From NCBI GenBank assembly GCA_903864935.1, contig CAIPHT010000007.1:16293-80292 (forward strand): a DNA stretch of 64,000 nt, read 5' to 3'. Below the pieces are notes generated by a model, which was not told the DNA's origin, searched no databases, and was given only the letters and a program-made list of their open reading frames with translations. This DNA comes from Candidatus Vogelbacteria bacterium. Lineage in GTDB: Bacteria; Patescibacteriota; Minisyncoccia; Phycocordibacterales; XYD1-FULL-46-19. Of the stretch, positions 63,798-64,000 are shown piece after piece (the first letter of the stretch is position 1; each line of letters opens with the position of its first letter). The translations under genes were made by a program, and so were the position numbers.

Positions 63798-64000
63798 ATG
63801 AAAGACAAACAAATCGAAAATTTAATTAAGGCCGAAGAGAAGCGCCAAAAGAGTGTGGTTAATCTTACCGCTTCAGAGAACTATGTGTCCAAAGATGTTC
63901 TCATGGCCTTAGGCTCAATCCTGACGAATAAATACGCTGAGGGCTATTCAGTTCAGCGCTATTATTATGGTACTGATATTAGCGACCAGATCGAAAATCT
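63798..64000 (+). CDS. glyA: serine hydroxymethyltransferase, N-terminal part (runs off window end)
   Basis: NLIKAEEKRQKSVVNLTASENYVSKDVLMALGSILTNKYAEGYSVQRYYYGTD matches the SHMT N-terminus. Confidence 0.9.
   Translation, partial: MKDKQIENLIKAEEKRQKSVVNLTASENYVSKDVLMALGSILTNKYAEGYSVQRYYYGTDISDQIEN

Noticed and set aside
1-64000. CRISPR arrays, rRNA genes, integrase/transposase/recombinase genes
   Set aside because: No regularly spaced direct repeats, no rRNA-like conserved stretches and no recombinase-like ORFs were seen. The mobile-element inferences rest only on inverted repeats and compositional islands.

Overview
This is a low-GC, gene-dense bacterial chromosomal segment whose gene content and organisation look like a reduced-genome CPR/Patescibacteria-type organism (inference from content only).

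- **Replication origin.** The canonical neighbourhood rpmH-rnpA-yidC (minus strand) / dnaA-dnaN (plus strand) lies at 17.4-21.5 kb. DnaA-box-like 9-mers sit in both intergenic regions.
- **T4SS-like operon.** A ~12 kb, translationally coupled, envelope-associated operon spans 5.3-17.4 kb. It encodes a VirB4-family ATPase (apparently split into an N-terminal-domain ORF and an ATPase ORF), a TrbL/VirB6-like polytopic protein, a PrgI/VirB3-like protein, two pilin-like small membrane proteins, a very large secreted protein carrying a GH24 phage-type lysozyme domain, and several secreted proteins. Two secreted/cell-wall-binding proteins lie immediately upstream. This looks like a type IV secretion-like apparatus.
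- **Housekeeping genes.**
  - DNA repair/recombination: uvrD/pcrA, ruvA, ruvB, ruvC, yqgF, mutM, xth, family-4 UDG, polA, holA.
  - Cell wall: PBP1A, a Mur-ligase-family protein, FemAB.
  - Type IV pilus: pilB, pilM, pilN, pilO.
  - Ribosomal and other: rpsT, rplS, secE-nusG-rplK, seven tRNAs, TsaE, RsmA, SpoU methyltransferase, RluA, PduO-type adenosyltransferase, MgtC, DedA, DsbB, an SPFH protein, and a RelE/ParE-RHH toxin-antitoxin pair.
- **GC-rich cassette family (most unusual signal).** Six short, conspicuously GC-rich gene cassettes are scattered through the AT-rich background, each driven by a near-consensus sigma70 promoter (TTGACA-N16-18-TATAAT/TATACT). Five cassettes encode paralogous proteins sharing a C-terminal motif. 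Two of these cassettes (33.86-34.69 kb and 38.85-39.72 kb) are homologous across promoter, coding sequence and 3' flank. Several cassettes carry long, structured 5' leaders.
- **In-frame palindromic insertions.** Small GC-rich palindromic elements are inserted in-frame in polA (three copies) and mutM (one copy).
- **Other features.** There is a MITE-like element flanked by 18-bp terminal inverted repeats. Two tandem HNH endonuclease paralogs, two NYN-domain paralogs, and two tandem lmo0937-family micro-proteins are present; the micro-proteins are absent from the supplied ORF track. A poly-C homopolymer tract lies inside a tiny acidic ORF.
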